A stretch of DNA of 64,000 bases, taken from the NCBI GenBank assembly GCA_031962025.1, contig JAVRKW010000005.1, one strand, 5' to 3'. Of this stretch, positions 1 through 9,594 are shown piece after piece. The notes under the pieces are model-generated. The model did no database searches and was not told where the DNA came from. It worked only from the letters and a program-made list of their open reading frames with translations. Position 1 is the first letter of the stretch. The number at the start of each line of letters is the position of its first letter. The translations under genes and the position numbers were made by a program. Source of the stretch: Pseudothermotoga sp. GTDB lineage: Bacteria > Thermotogota > Thermotogae > Thermotogales > DSM-5069.

Positions 1-29
1 TTTCTGACATCTTTGAAATAACATACACC

Positions 30-298
30 TTGACCTCCTCCCAATCCCCTAAATGGGATAGGATTCCCATTAAGGAGATTAGGCTTCCCGTTTCAACATG
101 GTGTGACTTACCAGGATATAGGGATTACCCCTAAATATCTTGGCAGTGGTCTCCCACTCCACGGGCTTTAATTCGGACCGGTCCAGCCCTACTGCTTTTA
201 ACATATTACTACTTTTATTATACACATTCATCACCAGACTAACTTAAGCCATTCATCACAATCCCATAAATGGGATGTGCTTTCTGGCTTGTTTTTTT
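30..298 (-). mobile_element. Non-autonomous IS200/IS605-family element (PATE/MITE-like), copy 1, 269 bp, retaining tnpB 3' tail/reRNA region
   Basis: Matches 16872..17140 with 2 mismatches (205/17047, 239/17081). On the minus strand it follows TTAC (299-302) and ends in TCAA (30-33). Near-identical subterminal hairpins ATCCCATTTA(T/G)GGGATT occur at both ends, preceded by AAAG (left) and GAAT (right) as in IS608. Confidence 0.88.
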
Positions 299-359
299 GT
301 AATGTGTCATGACCTGCTTAGCATAGCCCGGCAGGCTTTTGCCTCTGGCTGAAGTTAAT

Positions 360-1352
360 CTATGGATGTGGAGTAGTTGACTTTCCAGCTTCTTGCTTGA
401 TTTCCTTAATCCAAAGGGTCAGCGCAAGAAGATCAACATTCCCACCAGAAACAACTGCAACAACCTTTTTGCCTTTCAACGGGAACCTGTTCGACATGAG
501 CGCAGCAACTGTTACAGCTCCAGATGGTTCCACCAGCAGCTTCATCCTTTCAAGTAAGAAAACAACCGCTTTTTTTATCTCCTGTTCTGAAACAAGAAGG
601 ATATCGTCCACATATTTTTGAACAACAGGAAAGGTGAGTTTCCCGGGCATAGCTGTCCTTAATCCATCTGCAATGGTGTCTATGGATTTCAGCTCAACAA
701 GATGACCAGCCTTGAAAGAAAGGTACGTACTGTTGCTTTGCTCCGGCTCAACCCCGAAGACTTTCACATTTTTGAGATTTTCTTTAACTGCCACACAGAT
801 GCCTGAAATCAAACCACAACCACCACACGGAACCAGGACAGCATCGAATTCGCCAAGCTGTTGGATTAACTCAAGACCTATTGTTCCTTGACCAGCCATT
901 ATCCATGGATGATCAAAAGGTGGCACAAAGACTGCTCCACTCTGTCTTGATATCTCGTACGCTCTGTTCAACCTCTGTGTTGATGTCCTGCCACATCGTT
1001 CTATTTTTGCACCGTATTCTTCAATCGCAGCGAGCTTTGCCATCGATACATCCTCTGGAACAACAACAGTCACATCAGTACCCAGAATCCTTCCTGCACA
1101 GGCAAGAGCCTGTCCGTGATTGCCAGAAGATCCGGTCACCACACCGTGTTTGAGCTCTTCCCTGCTCAGTGACAATAAAAAATTCATCACTCCTCTGAAT
1201 TTGAAAGAACCACTTTTTTGGAGATTTTCTGCCTTTAAAAACACTTGATTGTTTGAGATCGTATTCAAAGTTTGCGAGGAAAAAACAGGTGTAGTGTGTA
1301 TCCATCTGAAGATCTTTTGTCTTGCTTGTTCGATATCTGTGAGTGAAATCAT
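360..1352 (-). CDS. PLP-dependent threonine/serine dehydratase (catabolic-type, no ACT domain)
   Basis: KAENLQKSGSFKFRG, SSGNHGQ, PCGGCGL, DTIADGL, VEPSGA and SGGNVD motifs. Confidence 0.9.
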   Translation of the reverse strand: MISLTDIEQARQKIFRWIHTTPVFSSQTLNTISNNQVFLKAENLQKSGSFKFRGVMNFLLSLSREELKHGVVTGSSGNHGQALACAGRILGTDVTVVVPEDVSMAKLAAIEEYGAKIERCGRTSTQRLNRAYEISRQSGAVFVPPFDHPWIMAGQGTIGLELIQQLGEFDAVLVPCGGCGLISGICVAVKENLKNVKVFGVEPEQSNSTYLSFKAGHLVELKSIDTIADGLRTAMPGKLTFPVVQKYVDDILLVSEQEIKKAVVFLLERMKLLVEPSGAVTVAALMSNRFPLKGKKVVAVVSGGNVDLLALTLWIKEIKQEAGKSTTPHP

Positions 1353-1353
1353 G

Positions 1354-2124
1354 TTATTCCCCCTTGAGAAACTCGATCGTTTTTTGAGCGACCAGCTCCT
1401 TTTCTATGTCACTTGTAACAGGATGGGCGCTCTTTTCAAGGACAACTGTTTTGAACTCAGACTTTAAATGTTTTCTTATTACATCCAGAACAGACAATGG
1501 CACGGTGTTGTCCTTTTGAGTTACTATCACCAGTGTTTGAGACTCTACTTTTTCTAAACTCTTTATGGCAATCTTTTGTAACTTGTAAAGATGCGCAGCA
1601 GGTTTAATGAACAGTTTATTCCAGTACTCCTGAGCAAGTTTATCGAGCGAAGGATCGTCAAAAACCGGTGTCTCTTTTTCTGTGTATTTTGTAAACAGAC
1701 TCATTAAAGGAGTGAACCTCAATCTCCAGTCTGACACCTTAAAAGCGGGAGCCGCTAAAACAAGCTTTTGAGTTTTAAACAGCGATGCAACAATAGCAGC
1801 AAGAAGTCCTCCCATCGAAAGACCAACAACATAAATCTGGTTGCAGAAATTTGTCAGATCAAGATAGGCATCTATAGACCTTCTGAGCCAGTCTCTCCAT
1901 GTGGTATTCAAAAAATCCCTGTGATCTGTACCATGACCTGGCAGTCGTGGAACAGATACAGTGAATCCTTCATTGAAAAGCTTTTCAGCAAGATAACTCA
2001 TATCATGCGGACTTCCTGTAAAACCATGGATCAAAAGAACACCTTTGTCGCCATTCACTTTGAAAATCGGCACACATATGGGATCAATCAGGCGAATATC
2101 ACTGCTGTATATGTTTAAATTCAC
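1354..2124 (-). CDS. Carboxylesterase / alpha-beta hydrolase
   Basis: LLIHGFTGS, LPGHG, nucleophile GLSMG, DNTVP and SAH. Confidence 0.9.
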   Translation of the reverse strand: MNLNIYSSDIRLIDPICVPIFKVNGDKGVLLIHGFTGSPHDMSYLAEKLFNEGFTVSVPRLPGHGTDHRDFLNTTWRDWLRRSIDAYLDLTNFCNQIYVVGLSMGGLLAAIVASLFKTQKLVLAAPAFKVSDWRLRFTPLMSLFTKYTEKETPVFDDPSLDKLAQEYWNKLFIKPAAHLYKLQKIAIKSLEKVESQTLVIVTQKDNTVPLSVLDVIRKHLKSEFKTVVLEKSAHPVTSDIEKELVAQKTIEFLKGE

Positions 2125-2150
2125 AATATCACCCTTTGTAAATTATACAA

Positions 2151-2430
2151 CTATAGTATCGTGAGGCTGTGCAGCAAAACAGAATACTCTTTAAAACCAC
2201 ACATCTGAAGCATCATCTTTAGTTCCTGCCCGAAATACACATAATGTTTCTTCGTAAGTGTGTCTTGCTGGTCCACAGCAAAGGTCCAGAACATTTCCAC
2301 TATGAATGCCAGTAATTTCAATTATTTTCTCCACCTGCTGACTGGCTACTTCAAAACGTTCTGGTGGAAACAACCAGTCATACATGTCTTTCCAAAAATT
2401 CTCGTTAACAAACCATTCCACCTTCATCAC
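2151..2430 (-). pseudogene. Class I SAM-dependent methyltransferase remnant with internal deletion
   Basis: The N-terminus and motif I (VLDLCCGPARH) are followed at once, in another frame, by a typical methyltransferase C-terminus (KHYVYFGQELKMMLQMCGFKE). Confidence 0.7.
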
Positions 2431-2444
2431 CCCTTTGAGAATTA

Positions 2445-4172
2445 TTATCGTACAAATTCATTCAGAAAATCTAACCATCCGTTAGGTTGCGTGTAAAAAA
2501 GCAATGTTTGTAGATCTTTACCAAAATTAACCAGATCAGCTTTCTTTTCTGGAAAGAAAACACTCAATCCATAAGTTGTCTCAAGGGCACCTTTTATTTT
2601 TTTGTAAACGACAGTATTAGCAAGCTCTGAAAGAACATCACTTGCTGCATTGGTCAATTCTGCCTGTGTTTCGTATTCTTTTATATTGCTGGCAAAATCT
2701 TCTATGTCAATGAGTAAATTGTAAGGGTATGAACTATCAGCTTTTGTTGATGAATTGCGGTAGTTTAATATTCTAGAGCGAATAGAATTATCTGATAAAG
2801 CTTCTTTCAATTTTGATCCTAAATCAGATATAATATCTGTCAAATTTGAAATAAAAGACATATCATAAACACACAGTGATAGTGGTGAAGTATATTTGAG
2901 GCTTTCAAAGTATCTATCGACGATCAATTTACTCAAAGTAAATGGATCTGAATTTTGATCTATATCTGACAAAAAACTGTAATCCCAGCCTGAAGAAGGC
3001 TCGGTGAAAAACGATGCTATCAGATAATCTGCACAATCTTTCAGTTCATAAGCAACTTCCAATGAACCCATAAGGCATGCATCCATACCAAGGATGTCAA
3101 ACTTTGGCAGATATTCAAGTACCTGGCGAATCTCACAGATGGCAAGTGCATCGTCTTTTGTGTCATCAAACCCTATGGCTTTTGTAGCGTATTTTGAATC
3201 ATAAATCCAGACAGAACCGTGGTTCCAGATGACAAGCGCCCGATGATTCGCATTTATCTTTGAAAAACGCTCAATGAAGTTTTTTAAAACCTCTGGATCA
3301 CCGCTGTTTATGTCTTGTGGAAAAGTTTCTATGTATTTCCATTCACCGTATTCATCCAGTACCAAAAGTTTGTCTATGGACGAGTAACCATCAAACAACG
3401 TGAAAACTGCTACTTTTGAATTGGAATTTTTCATCTCTTCAAGATCATAGAGCGCAGCATCTTTAAGATTGTTATCCGCTGCAAGATAGATCAAAAAAAC
3501 CCAGTCTGGATTTTGAAAATTTATCTTTTTTTGTGCTGAGACTGCTGGTTGATCTTGTATATAAGCTTTAAAAAGAACATCACCCTCTTGCACACAAAAA
3601 TCGTATGAAAGTTCTTGCAAAGCTATGCCGCCTGAGTTTGTTTTTACAGTAGAAAGTTTTTTCCATGTGCCATCGTAGTATTCAAAGGTTACATCGATAT
3701 TTTGTACAGGTTTACCTGTGCTGCTCAAAACCTTTGCCTCTACATATCCTGCTCTTCCTATGGTGATTGTTTTTGGGTTCACAGTTATTGTGCATTTACT
3801 TATATCCACAGTTGTAAACGACCAGACCGGGCTTTCTTTAATAGCACCTTTTGCATCACTTGCAACTATTTTCCAGTAGTATTTTTTGTTGTATTCTAAC
3901 CTTGATATATGGTATGAGTTGCTTGAGTAATTTTCCTCAATTAGCTGCAAATTGCCTGAACCCGTTCCAAAATATATATCGTACATCAGGCTATCTCCAT
4001 CTGGATCAACACATCTCCATGAAAGTATTACATCAACAGAAACATCCACAGCATTGTCTGTCGGATATGGATCTGTCGGTGTGTTTGGAGGATTGTTGTA
4101 TGAAGAAACACATGAAGATATGAGTAGAATAATAAAGAAAAATATCAATACTGAAAATGCTTTCTTTTTCAC
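2445..4172 (-). CDS. Clostripain-family (C11) cysteine peptidase lipoprotein with N-terminal FN3-like and Ig-like domains
   Basis: Lipobox ISSC; WVFLIYLAADNNL; WNHGS (His) and MDACLM (Cys) catalytic dyad; FN3-like WRCVDPDGD...YYWKIVASD. Confidence 0.88.
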   Translation of the reverse strand: MKKKAFSVLIFFFIILLISSCVSSYNNPPNTPTDPYPTDNAVDVSVDVILSWRCVDPDGDSLMYDIYFGTGSGNLQLIEENYSSNSYHISRLEYNKKYYWKIVASDAKGAIKESPVWSFTTVDISKCTITVNPKTITIGRAGYVEAKVLSSTGKPVQNIDVTFEYYDGTWKKLSTVKTNSGGIALQELSYDFCVQEGDVLFKAYIQDQPAVSAQKKINFQNPDWVFLIYLAADNNLKDAALYDLEEMKNSNSKVAVFTLFDGYSSIDKLLVLDEYGEWKYIETFPQDINSGDPEVLKNFIERFSKINANHRALVIWNHGSVWIYDSKYATKAIGFDDTKDDALAICEIRQVLEYLPKFDILGMDACLMGSLEVAYELKDCADYLIASFFTEPSSGWDYSFLSDIDQNSDPFTLSKLIVDRYFESLKYTSPLSLCVYDMSFISNLTDIISDLGSKLKEALSDNSIRSRILNYRNSSTKADSSYPYNLLIDIEDFASNIKEYETQAELTNAASDVLSELANTVVYKKIKGALETTYGLSVFFPEKKADLVNFGKDLQTLLFYTQPNGWLDFLNEFVR

Positions 4173-4290
4173 ATCAATACCTCCATGAAGTTAGTCTGGT
4201 TATTATACCACAACATTTTTCCTTTAAATTCTATACCGCGATAGTATACTTGCCATGAAAGTTGTAAAATACTCATGGAGGTGTATCAAG

Positions 4291-4974
4291 ATGAAGGTAC
4301 GTTATCTTGGACATGCGGCGGTTCTGATTCAGCTCAAAGAGAAAAACTTAATAATCGATCCATTCATAAGTGAAAATCCGTGCTGCCCTGTGAAAGTGCA
4401 GGATCTACCCAGAATACACTACATACTGGTTACACATGGTCATGCGGATCATCTTGGAGATACTGTGAAAATAGCAAAAAGTGACGGAGCAACTGTAATT
4501 GCAAACTTTGAGCTGTGCAGTTATATATCAAGGCACAATATCGCAACTCACCCCATGCACATTGGAGGAAAATACGTGTTTGAATTCGGTAGTGTTAAAT
4601 TGACACCTGCACTGCACGGATCTAGCCTGATCGAAAAAGAATTACCAGTTTATGCTGGAAATCCATGCGGCTTTTTGATCGAAACTGAGGGCAAAAAGAT
4701 ATATCACGCGGGAGATACGGGTTTGACAAAAGATATGGAATTACTGCTCAAAGAAAGCATAGACCTTGCATTTCTTCCAATAGGTGGTAATTTCGTGATG
4801 GATATTTGGGATGCCGTTGAAGCAGTCAAGATGTTCAGGCCAAAAACAGTCGTTCCGATACATTACAACACATGGGAAATCATAAAGGCAGATCCGGAAA
4901 AATTCAAACAGGAAGTTGAGAAGTTACAGATCAGGTGTTTGGTGATGAAACCCGGTGAGACGATTGAACTGTGA
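4291..4974 (+). CDS. UPF0173 metallo-beta-lactamase-fold metal-dependent hydrolase
   Basis: [42 protein letters not shown] before ATG 4291. Confidence 0.9.
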   Translation: MKVRYLGHAAVLIQLKEKNLIIDPFISENPCCPVKVQDLPRIHYILVTHGHADHLGDTVKIAKSDGATVIANFELCSYISRHNIATHPMHIGGKYVFEFGSVKLTPALHGSSLIEKELPVYAGNPCGFLIETEGKKIYHAGDTGLTKDMELLLKESIDLAFLPIGGNFVMDIWDAVEAVKMFRPKTVVPIHYNTWEIIKADPEKFKQEVEKLQIRCLVMKPGETIEL

Positions 4975-4984
4975 GGCGAGAAAG

Positions 4985-5728
4985 ATGCGAAACTTCATCC
5001 TTGCAATTGTCCTATTTGGAGCAATGTGTATGGCAGAGATGATATACTACACACCAGCGGAATTTATTTTTCCAGAGGAATCATACCAGTCAATAGGCTC
5101 AAGATCTGCGAATTTTCAATACATAATACTCTCAAAATCAGAACAGATTGTTTTGCTTCTCAAAGGTTGGTTGTTTACACCGGTGCAAATCACTGAAGTA
5201 AAGCCGTTCAAAGTCAAAATTGTTGCGGAAAATTTCGACAGCGAGATAGAACTGCCGGCCAAAAAAAGCGGAATCTACACCTATATGATCCAGCATCTTT
5301 TGATTCTACCAAGACAGGTAAATAAAATCATTGTAGGTGGATATGAGATATCTTTTGCCGATATTTCGTACAGAACCAAATCAGCAAAGGGGAACGAAAC
5401 GGCTTCACTTGATGTGTTGAACCACCAAATGATACCAGTCCAGACTTTCAAGGCAGGAGAAAAAATTGTGATTATGATATCCGCTGGCAGGAAAAACACC
5501 GGTGGTTATGAAGTAGTCGTGGACCGTGTTGATATAATCAACAAGACAATACAGATAAAGGCTCATGTGGAATCTCCTTCGCCTTCAACCCCCGTCATAC
5601 AGGTCATAACTTACCCAGCCGTGATCGTCGAAATCGACGAGCCTCTTCAGCCCGGCGATTACACTGTAGTCTGTACGCTTTTTGACCGTGAAGAACTCAA
5701 TCTGTCTGCAGAGTTTGAAATTTTTTGA
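4985..5728 (+). CDS. Exported protein with C-terminal PrcB-like domain
   Basis: Signal peptide; GRKNTGGYEV...QVITYP pattern typical of PrcB_C. Confidence 0.7.
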   Translation: MRNFILAIVLFGAMCMAEMIYYTPAEFIFPEESYQSIGSRSANFQYIILSKSEQIVLLLKGWLFTPVQITEVKPFKVKIVAENFDSEIELPAKKSGIYTYMIQHLLILPRQVNKIIVGGYEISFADISYRTKSAKGNETASLDVLNHQMIPVQTFKAGEKIVIMISAGRKNTGGYEVVVDRVDIINKTIQIKAHVESPSPSTPVIQVITYPAVIVEIDEPLQPGDYTVVCTLFDREELNLSAEFEIF

Positions 5729-5802
5729 ACTTTGATTGAAACAAAGCCTAAAAGCATTTGATAACATTAAAGAGTATCTTCTAACTGAAGAGGCGATATT
5801 CT

Positions 5803-6915
5803 GTGCTGATTTACGGTATAGATTTTGAGGAAGGAAAGATTTTTCAAAAAAAAGACAACTACGAGCTTGTTTTTTCGTCTGAAGATATCATATTCGGTAA
5901 GATATTTCGTGCCAAATTCAAAGGCTCCGGCACAGTAGAAGCTTTCAAAATCAATATACCTGATGCGGAATATTTCGATAGTCTGTGCATCGCTGGCAAC
6001 GGTTTGCTTGTAGGTTTTCTCAGTCGTAGTGGTGCAGATATCAAAATTGATAAAAAAGGTAACGAATTCACTGGATACATTGAAATTTCACAAAACACAG
6101 AACATTTCATCGATCTTGATGCTTTTGTAGTTTTGCACGGCTATGACAAATATCTTTTGTTCAAAGAATACACAAAACTCGTATCATTGGAAAACAAAAT
6201 CGAAGGTGTTACAAAACCTTACAGTGCCTTGATGGTGCAAAATGATGAAGTAAGTGAGATAATAAAAGAAGCAAAACAAAAAAATCTCCAGGTGCTGTTG
6301 CTTAAAAATTTAGATAATGCAGGAAATTTTGTGCAAATGTGCAAAAACAACGGGTTCTTAGCAGGAGCCGTTGTAGAGTCTGGCGATTCAAATCTCATTA
6401 AACTCAAAGAAACGGGTTTTGAGTTCTTCCAGATTAACTTCAGACAGGACAAAAGAGAAGATGTACGGTTAATAAGAAAGATATTGAAAGATTCAATCTT
6501 CGTTGCAAAAGGCATATCGTTGCTGAATGCGGCTGGTCTGGTAGATGGTCTGATCGTAGAAAAAAACAAAACGTTGAAAGACCTGGCGAGAACGAGTTTT
6601 ATGCAGAAAATTGTGAGACTGTACCTTGAAATGAATAACAGCAACAGAGAAATGCTTGATTTGTGTCAGATTTTCAACTTTGGTGTGATTTTCCACGAAA
6701 ACTCTAAAAAGATAGAGTATGCAGACATGTATAAGTTCGAAAAAATCGGCGATCAAGGTTTTGAAGTCTCCTATCTTGATAAAAACAGGATTTTAAAGAG
6801 ATTACTCGTATCTGGGGAAAAAATCCAGACTGAAATTGAATCTTTTGCTCATTTGAAAAAGGAATTGAAGATTCGTTCAGATGGAAGATCATTTTATTTC
6901 TACCGTGAAGGGTGA
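5803..6915 (+). CDS. Shortened, probably inactive homolog of Thermotoga GH36 alpha-galactosidase GalA
   Basis: Directly upstream of galT-galK. The N-terminus, GFLS, YTKLVSLEN, NGFLAG, GFEFFQINF, SLLNAAGLVDG and C-terminal DGRSFYFYREG segments match the T. maritima GalA sequence as recalled; catalytic motifs are altered. Confidence 0.65.
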   Translation: MLIYGIDFEEGKIFQKKDNYELVFSSEDIIFGKIFRAKFKGSGTVEAFKINIPDAEYFDSLCIAGNGLLVGFLSRSGADIKIDKKGNEFTGYIEISQNTEHFIDLDAFVVLHGYDKYLLFKEYTKLVSLENKIEGVTKPYSALMVQNDEVSEIIKEAKQKNLQVLLLKNLDNAGNFVQMCKNNGFLAGAVVESGDSNLIKLKETGFEFFQINFRQDKREDVRLIRKILKDSIFVAKGISLLNAAGLVDGLIVEKNKTLKDLARTSFMQKIVRLYLEMNNSNREMLDLCQIFNFGVIFHENSKKIEYADMYKFEKIGDQGFEVSYLDKNRILKRLLVSGEKIQTEIESFAHLKKELKIRSDGRSFYFYREG

Positions 6916-7880
6916 GAAGGTTGCTTGAACTCAGACACAACCCACTGACCGATGAATGGATTATTGTCTCTGCAGAAACTCAAAAAAGACCAGTACAGCC
7001 ATCACAACAGAGCTGTCCAATATGTGTTGGTGGTCTTGAACTTCCTGAGGATTACGATCTTGTCAGTTTTGAAAACAGATTCCCTGCATTGAAAAAAGAC
7101 CCACCGCAGATCGATGAGGATGATTTTTACAAAAAATCAAGGTCTTTTGGCATCTGCGAGGTCGTTGTCTACACAAAAGATCACAATACAGCCCTGCCGG
7201 GGATGCCATTAAAGCAAATAGAAAAACTGGTTGAGATGTGGATAGATAGAACCATTGAATTGTCAAAACACGATTTTGTCAAATACATCTTCATCTTCGA
7301 GAACAGAGGCAAAGAAGTCGGTGCAAGTCTCCCACATCCACACGGTCAGATCTATGCCTTTCCTTTTCTACCAAAGAGAATTCTGGCTAAGATTGAAGCA
7401 ATGAAAAAGTGGTACGCCCAAAAAAGACAGTGTGTGATATGTCAGATAGTTGAAAATGAGCTCATGAAAAAAGAAAGAATAGTCCATGAAACAGAATCTT
7501 TCATAACTCTTGTGCCGTTTTATGCGAGATTTCCCTTTGAAGTTCACATCTATCCCAAGCGGCATGTAAGTGCTATTTTCGAGTTTTCTTCTAAAGAAAG
7601 AAAAGAATTTGCAAGTATTTTGAAAGTTGTCACAGCAAAATACGACAAACTCTTTGATCAAGAATTTCCATACATGATGATGTTTTTCCAAAAGCCATTC
7701 AACTGTGAGTCTGAGAATGATCTATTTCATTTCCACGTTGAGTTCAATCCCCCAAAGAGAGACAAAGACAAAATCAAATGGATGGCAAGCGTTGAAACCG
7801 GTACATGGGCTTTCATAAATCCTGTTATACCAGAACAGGCAGCAAAGATGCTCAGGGATATAAACGTGGAGGCGATTTAA
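6912..7880 (+). CDS. galT: Galactose-1-phosphate uridylyltransferase
   Basis: ELRHNPLTDEW, FENRFP, FENRG..VGASLPHPHGQ. Confidence 0.96.
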   Translation: MRRLLELRHNPLTDEWIIVSAETQKRPVQPSQQSCPICVGGLELPEDYDLVSFENRFPALKKDPPQIDEDDFYKKSRSFGICEVVVYTKDHNTALPGMPLKQIEKLVEMWIDRTIELSKHDFVKYIFIFENRGKEVGASLPHPHGQIYAFPFLPKRILAKIEAMKKWYAQKRQCVICQIVENELMKKERIVHETESFITLVPFYARFPFEVHIYPKRHVSAIFEFSSKERKEFASILKVVTAKYDKLFDQEFPYMMMFFQKPFNCESENDLFHFHVEFNPPKRDKDKIKWMASVETGTWAFINPVIPEQAAKMLRDINVEAI

Positions 7881-8941
7881 TGGCGAAGTTCAGAGCACCC
7901 GGCAGGGTGAATATAATAGGTGAGCACACAGATTACAACGATGGTTTTGTTCTACCTTTTGCAATAGATAAATACGTTGAAGTTGAGATTAAACCCAGTA
8001 ATGAATATGTTTTCACATCATACACGATGAATGAGACGGTTTCACTCAAAAAATTTCAAAAACTCGGCAAGTGGACGGACTACATCATGGGAGTCATATG
8101 GGCTATTGAGCAAGAAGGCTTCAAAACAGAACCAGTCCAGATCAATGTTTTCTCAAATCTTCCCATTGGAGCGGGGCTTTCAAGTTCAGCTGCACTGGAA
8201 ATAGCTACTGCCTATGGAATAAGTGAAGTTTTTGATTTGAAACTGGACAAAATGAAACTTGTAGAAGTTGGAGTGAAAGCGGAAAGAGAATTTGTTGGCG
8301 TTAGATGTGGTGTGATGGACCAGTTCACGGCGGTTTTTGCCAAAAAAGACCATGCGATTTTCCTTGATACCTTTAATCTGAGTTATGAATATGTCCCGCT
8401 GGACTTGGATGGTTTTGAATTTGCTCTGATCGATTCGAACACAAAACACGAACTATCTTCGTCCGAATATAACAAAAGGCGTGAAGAGTGTGAGAAGGTA
8501 TTAAAGACAGTGAATAAAAAATCTTTCAGAGAGCTGAATTACGATGATCTTGTAAAACTCGACCCGCTGTTGAGAAAAAGGGCAAGACACGTGCTCGATG
8601 AGAATAAGCGCGTTTCACTTGCAGTGAGAGCACTTAAAAATTCAGAAATTTTTCTGCTTGGGAACATTTTATACGAATCACACGTGAGCTTGAGAGATCT
8701 TTACGAGGTTTCCTGTGACGAAACTGATTTCATAGTCGGCTTTCTCAAAGGAGAACTTGGAATATCTGGAGCCAGGATGGTCGGAGGGGGGTTTGGAGGC
8801 AGTATTCTTGTGCTCGCTAAAAAAGGTCGTATTGATGAAATCTTTCCACAACTGGAAAGGTCTTACTTTAAAAGGTTCGGCAAAAAGCCTGAACTGCTCA
8901 AAATCAAAAGCGATGATGGGGTACATAAGGTGATCGAATGA
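7880..8941 (+). CDS. galK: Galactokinase
   Basis: APGRVNIIGEHTDYNDGFVLP, GAGLSSSAA, CGVMDQ, GARMVGGGFGG; ATG overlaps the galT stop. Confidence 0.96.
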   Translation: MAKFRAPGRVNIIGEHTDYNDGFVLPFAIDKYVEVEIKPSNEYVFTSYTMNETVSLKKFQKLGKWTDYIMGVIWAIEQEGFKTEPVQINVFSNLPIGAGLSSSAALEIATAYGISEVFDLKLDKMKLVEVGVKAEREFVGVRCGVMDQFTAVFAKKDHAIFLDTFNLSYEYVPLDLDGFEFALIDSNTKHELSSSEYNKRREECEKVLKTVNKKSFRELNYDDLVKLDPLLRKRARHVLDENKRVSLAVRALKNSEIFLLGNILYESHVSLRDLYEVSCDETDFIVGFLKGELGISGARMVGGGFGGSILVLAKKGRIDEIFPQLERSYFKRFGKKPELLKIKSDDGVHKVIE

Positions 8942-9594
8942 AGAAAACATCTTCTGATTGGTTGAAAAATGAAATAATAAGATACATAGTCAGGATGGGA
9001 CTAAGACCATCTGATAGGCTTCCTTCAGAGCGAGAGTTTGCTCAGATCTTTCAGGTGAGCAGAACGACCGTTCGTGAAGCAATCAAGAAACTGGAGGAAA
9101 AGGGTGTCGTAAAAGTAAAAGCTCCCAAGGGGATTTTTGTAGCAAGCGATTTGCACGAATTGTCTTTTGAAACTTCCTTTTCGGTGAAGTTTTCTCCAAC
9201 AAGAGAATTCATAATAGATCTTTTGAGAGTTAGGGGGGCTATGGAAGAGCTTGCCGTTGAATTGACTGTTCAGAATTCATCTGAAGATATTCTTCTCAAA
9301 ACCGTTGACGAGCTGAAAAATCTCGATCTTGTCGATCCAGATCAGGACATGAAGTTCCACAAGAGATTTTTTGAAATGTCTGGTAATGCCGTATTGATGA
9401 AATTTTTTGAAGCCTTTTATGATCTTCTCAGTGCGATCTGGCATCCACCGTTTGTCGAAAGAACATTTGGTAGGGCAAGCTTACCCTACCACCTGGAACT
9501 GTTAGATGCCGTAGCCAAAAAAGATGTTTCAAAAGCCAAGCATATAGTCCGAATGATCATCGAGATGGATATCAAGGTTTTGCTTTCCTCATAG
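8938..9594 (+). CDS. GntR/FadR-family transcriptional regulator
   Basis: RLPSEREFA..FQVSRTTVREA HTH; FCD domain (DMKFH..SGN). Confidence 0.92.
   Translation: MKKTSSDWLKNEIIRYIVRMGLRPSDRLPSEREFAQIFQVSRTTVREAIKKLEEKGVVKVKAPKGIFVASDLHELSFETSFSVKFSPTREFIIDLLRVRGAMEELAVELTVQNSSEDILLKTVDELKNLDLVDPDQDMKFHKRFFEMSGNAVLMKFFEAFYDLLSAIWHPPFVERTFGRASLPYHLELLDAVAKKDVSKAKHIVRMIIEMDIKVLLSS

Noticed and set aside
1..311. A gene interrupted by element copy 1 (empty site reads ATG ACA CAT TAC|GGT GTA TGT TAT TTC...)
   Set aside because: Only 29 bp of flank lie inside the window, too little to support a CDS call.
311..343. Possible short repeat shared with 21295-21316 (GCCTG...GCTAAGCA)
   Set aside because: The similarity is short and gapped and cannot be distinguished from chance by eye.
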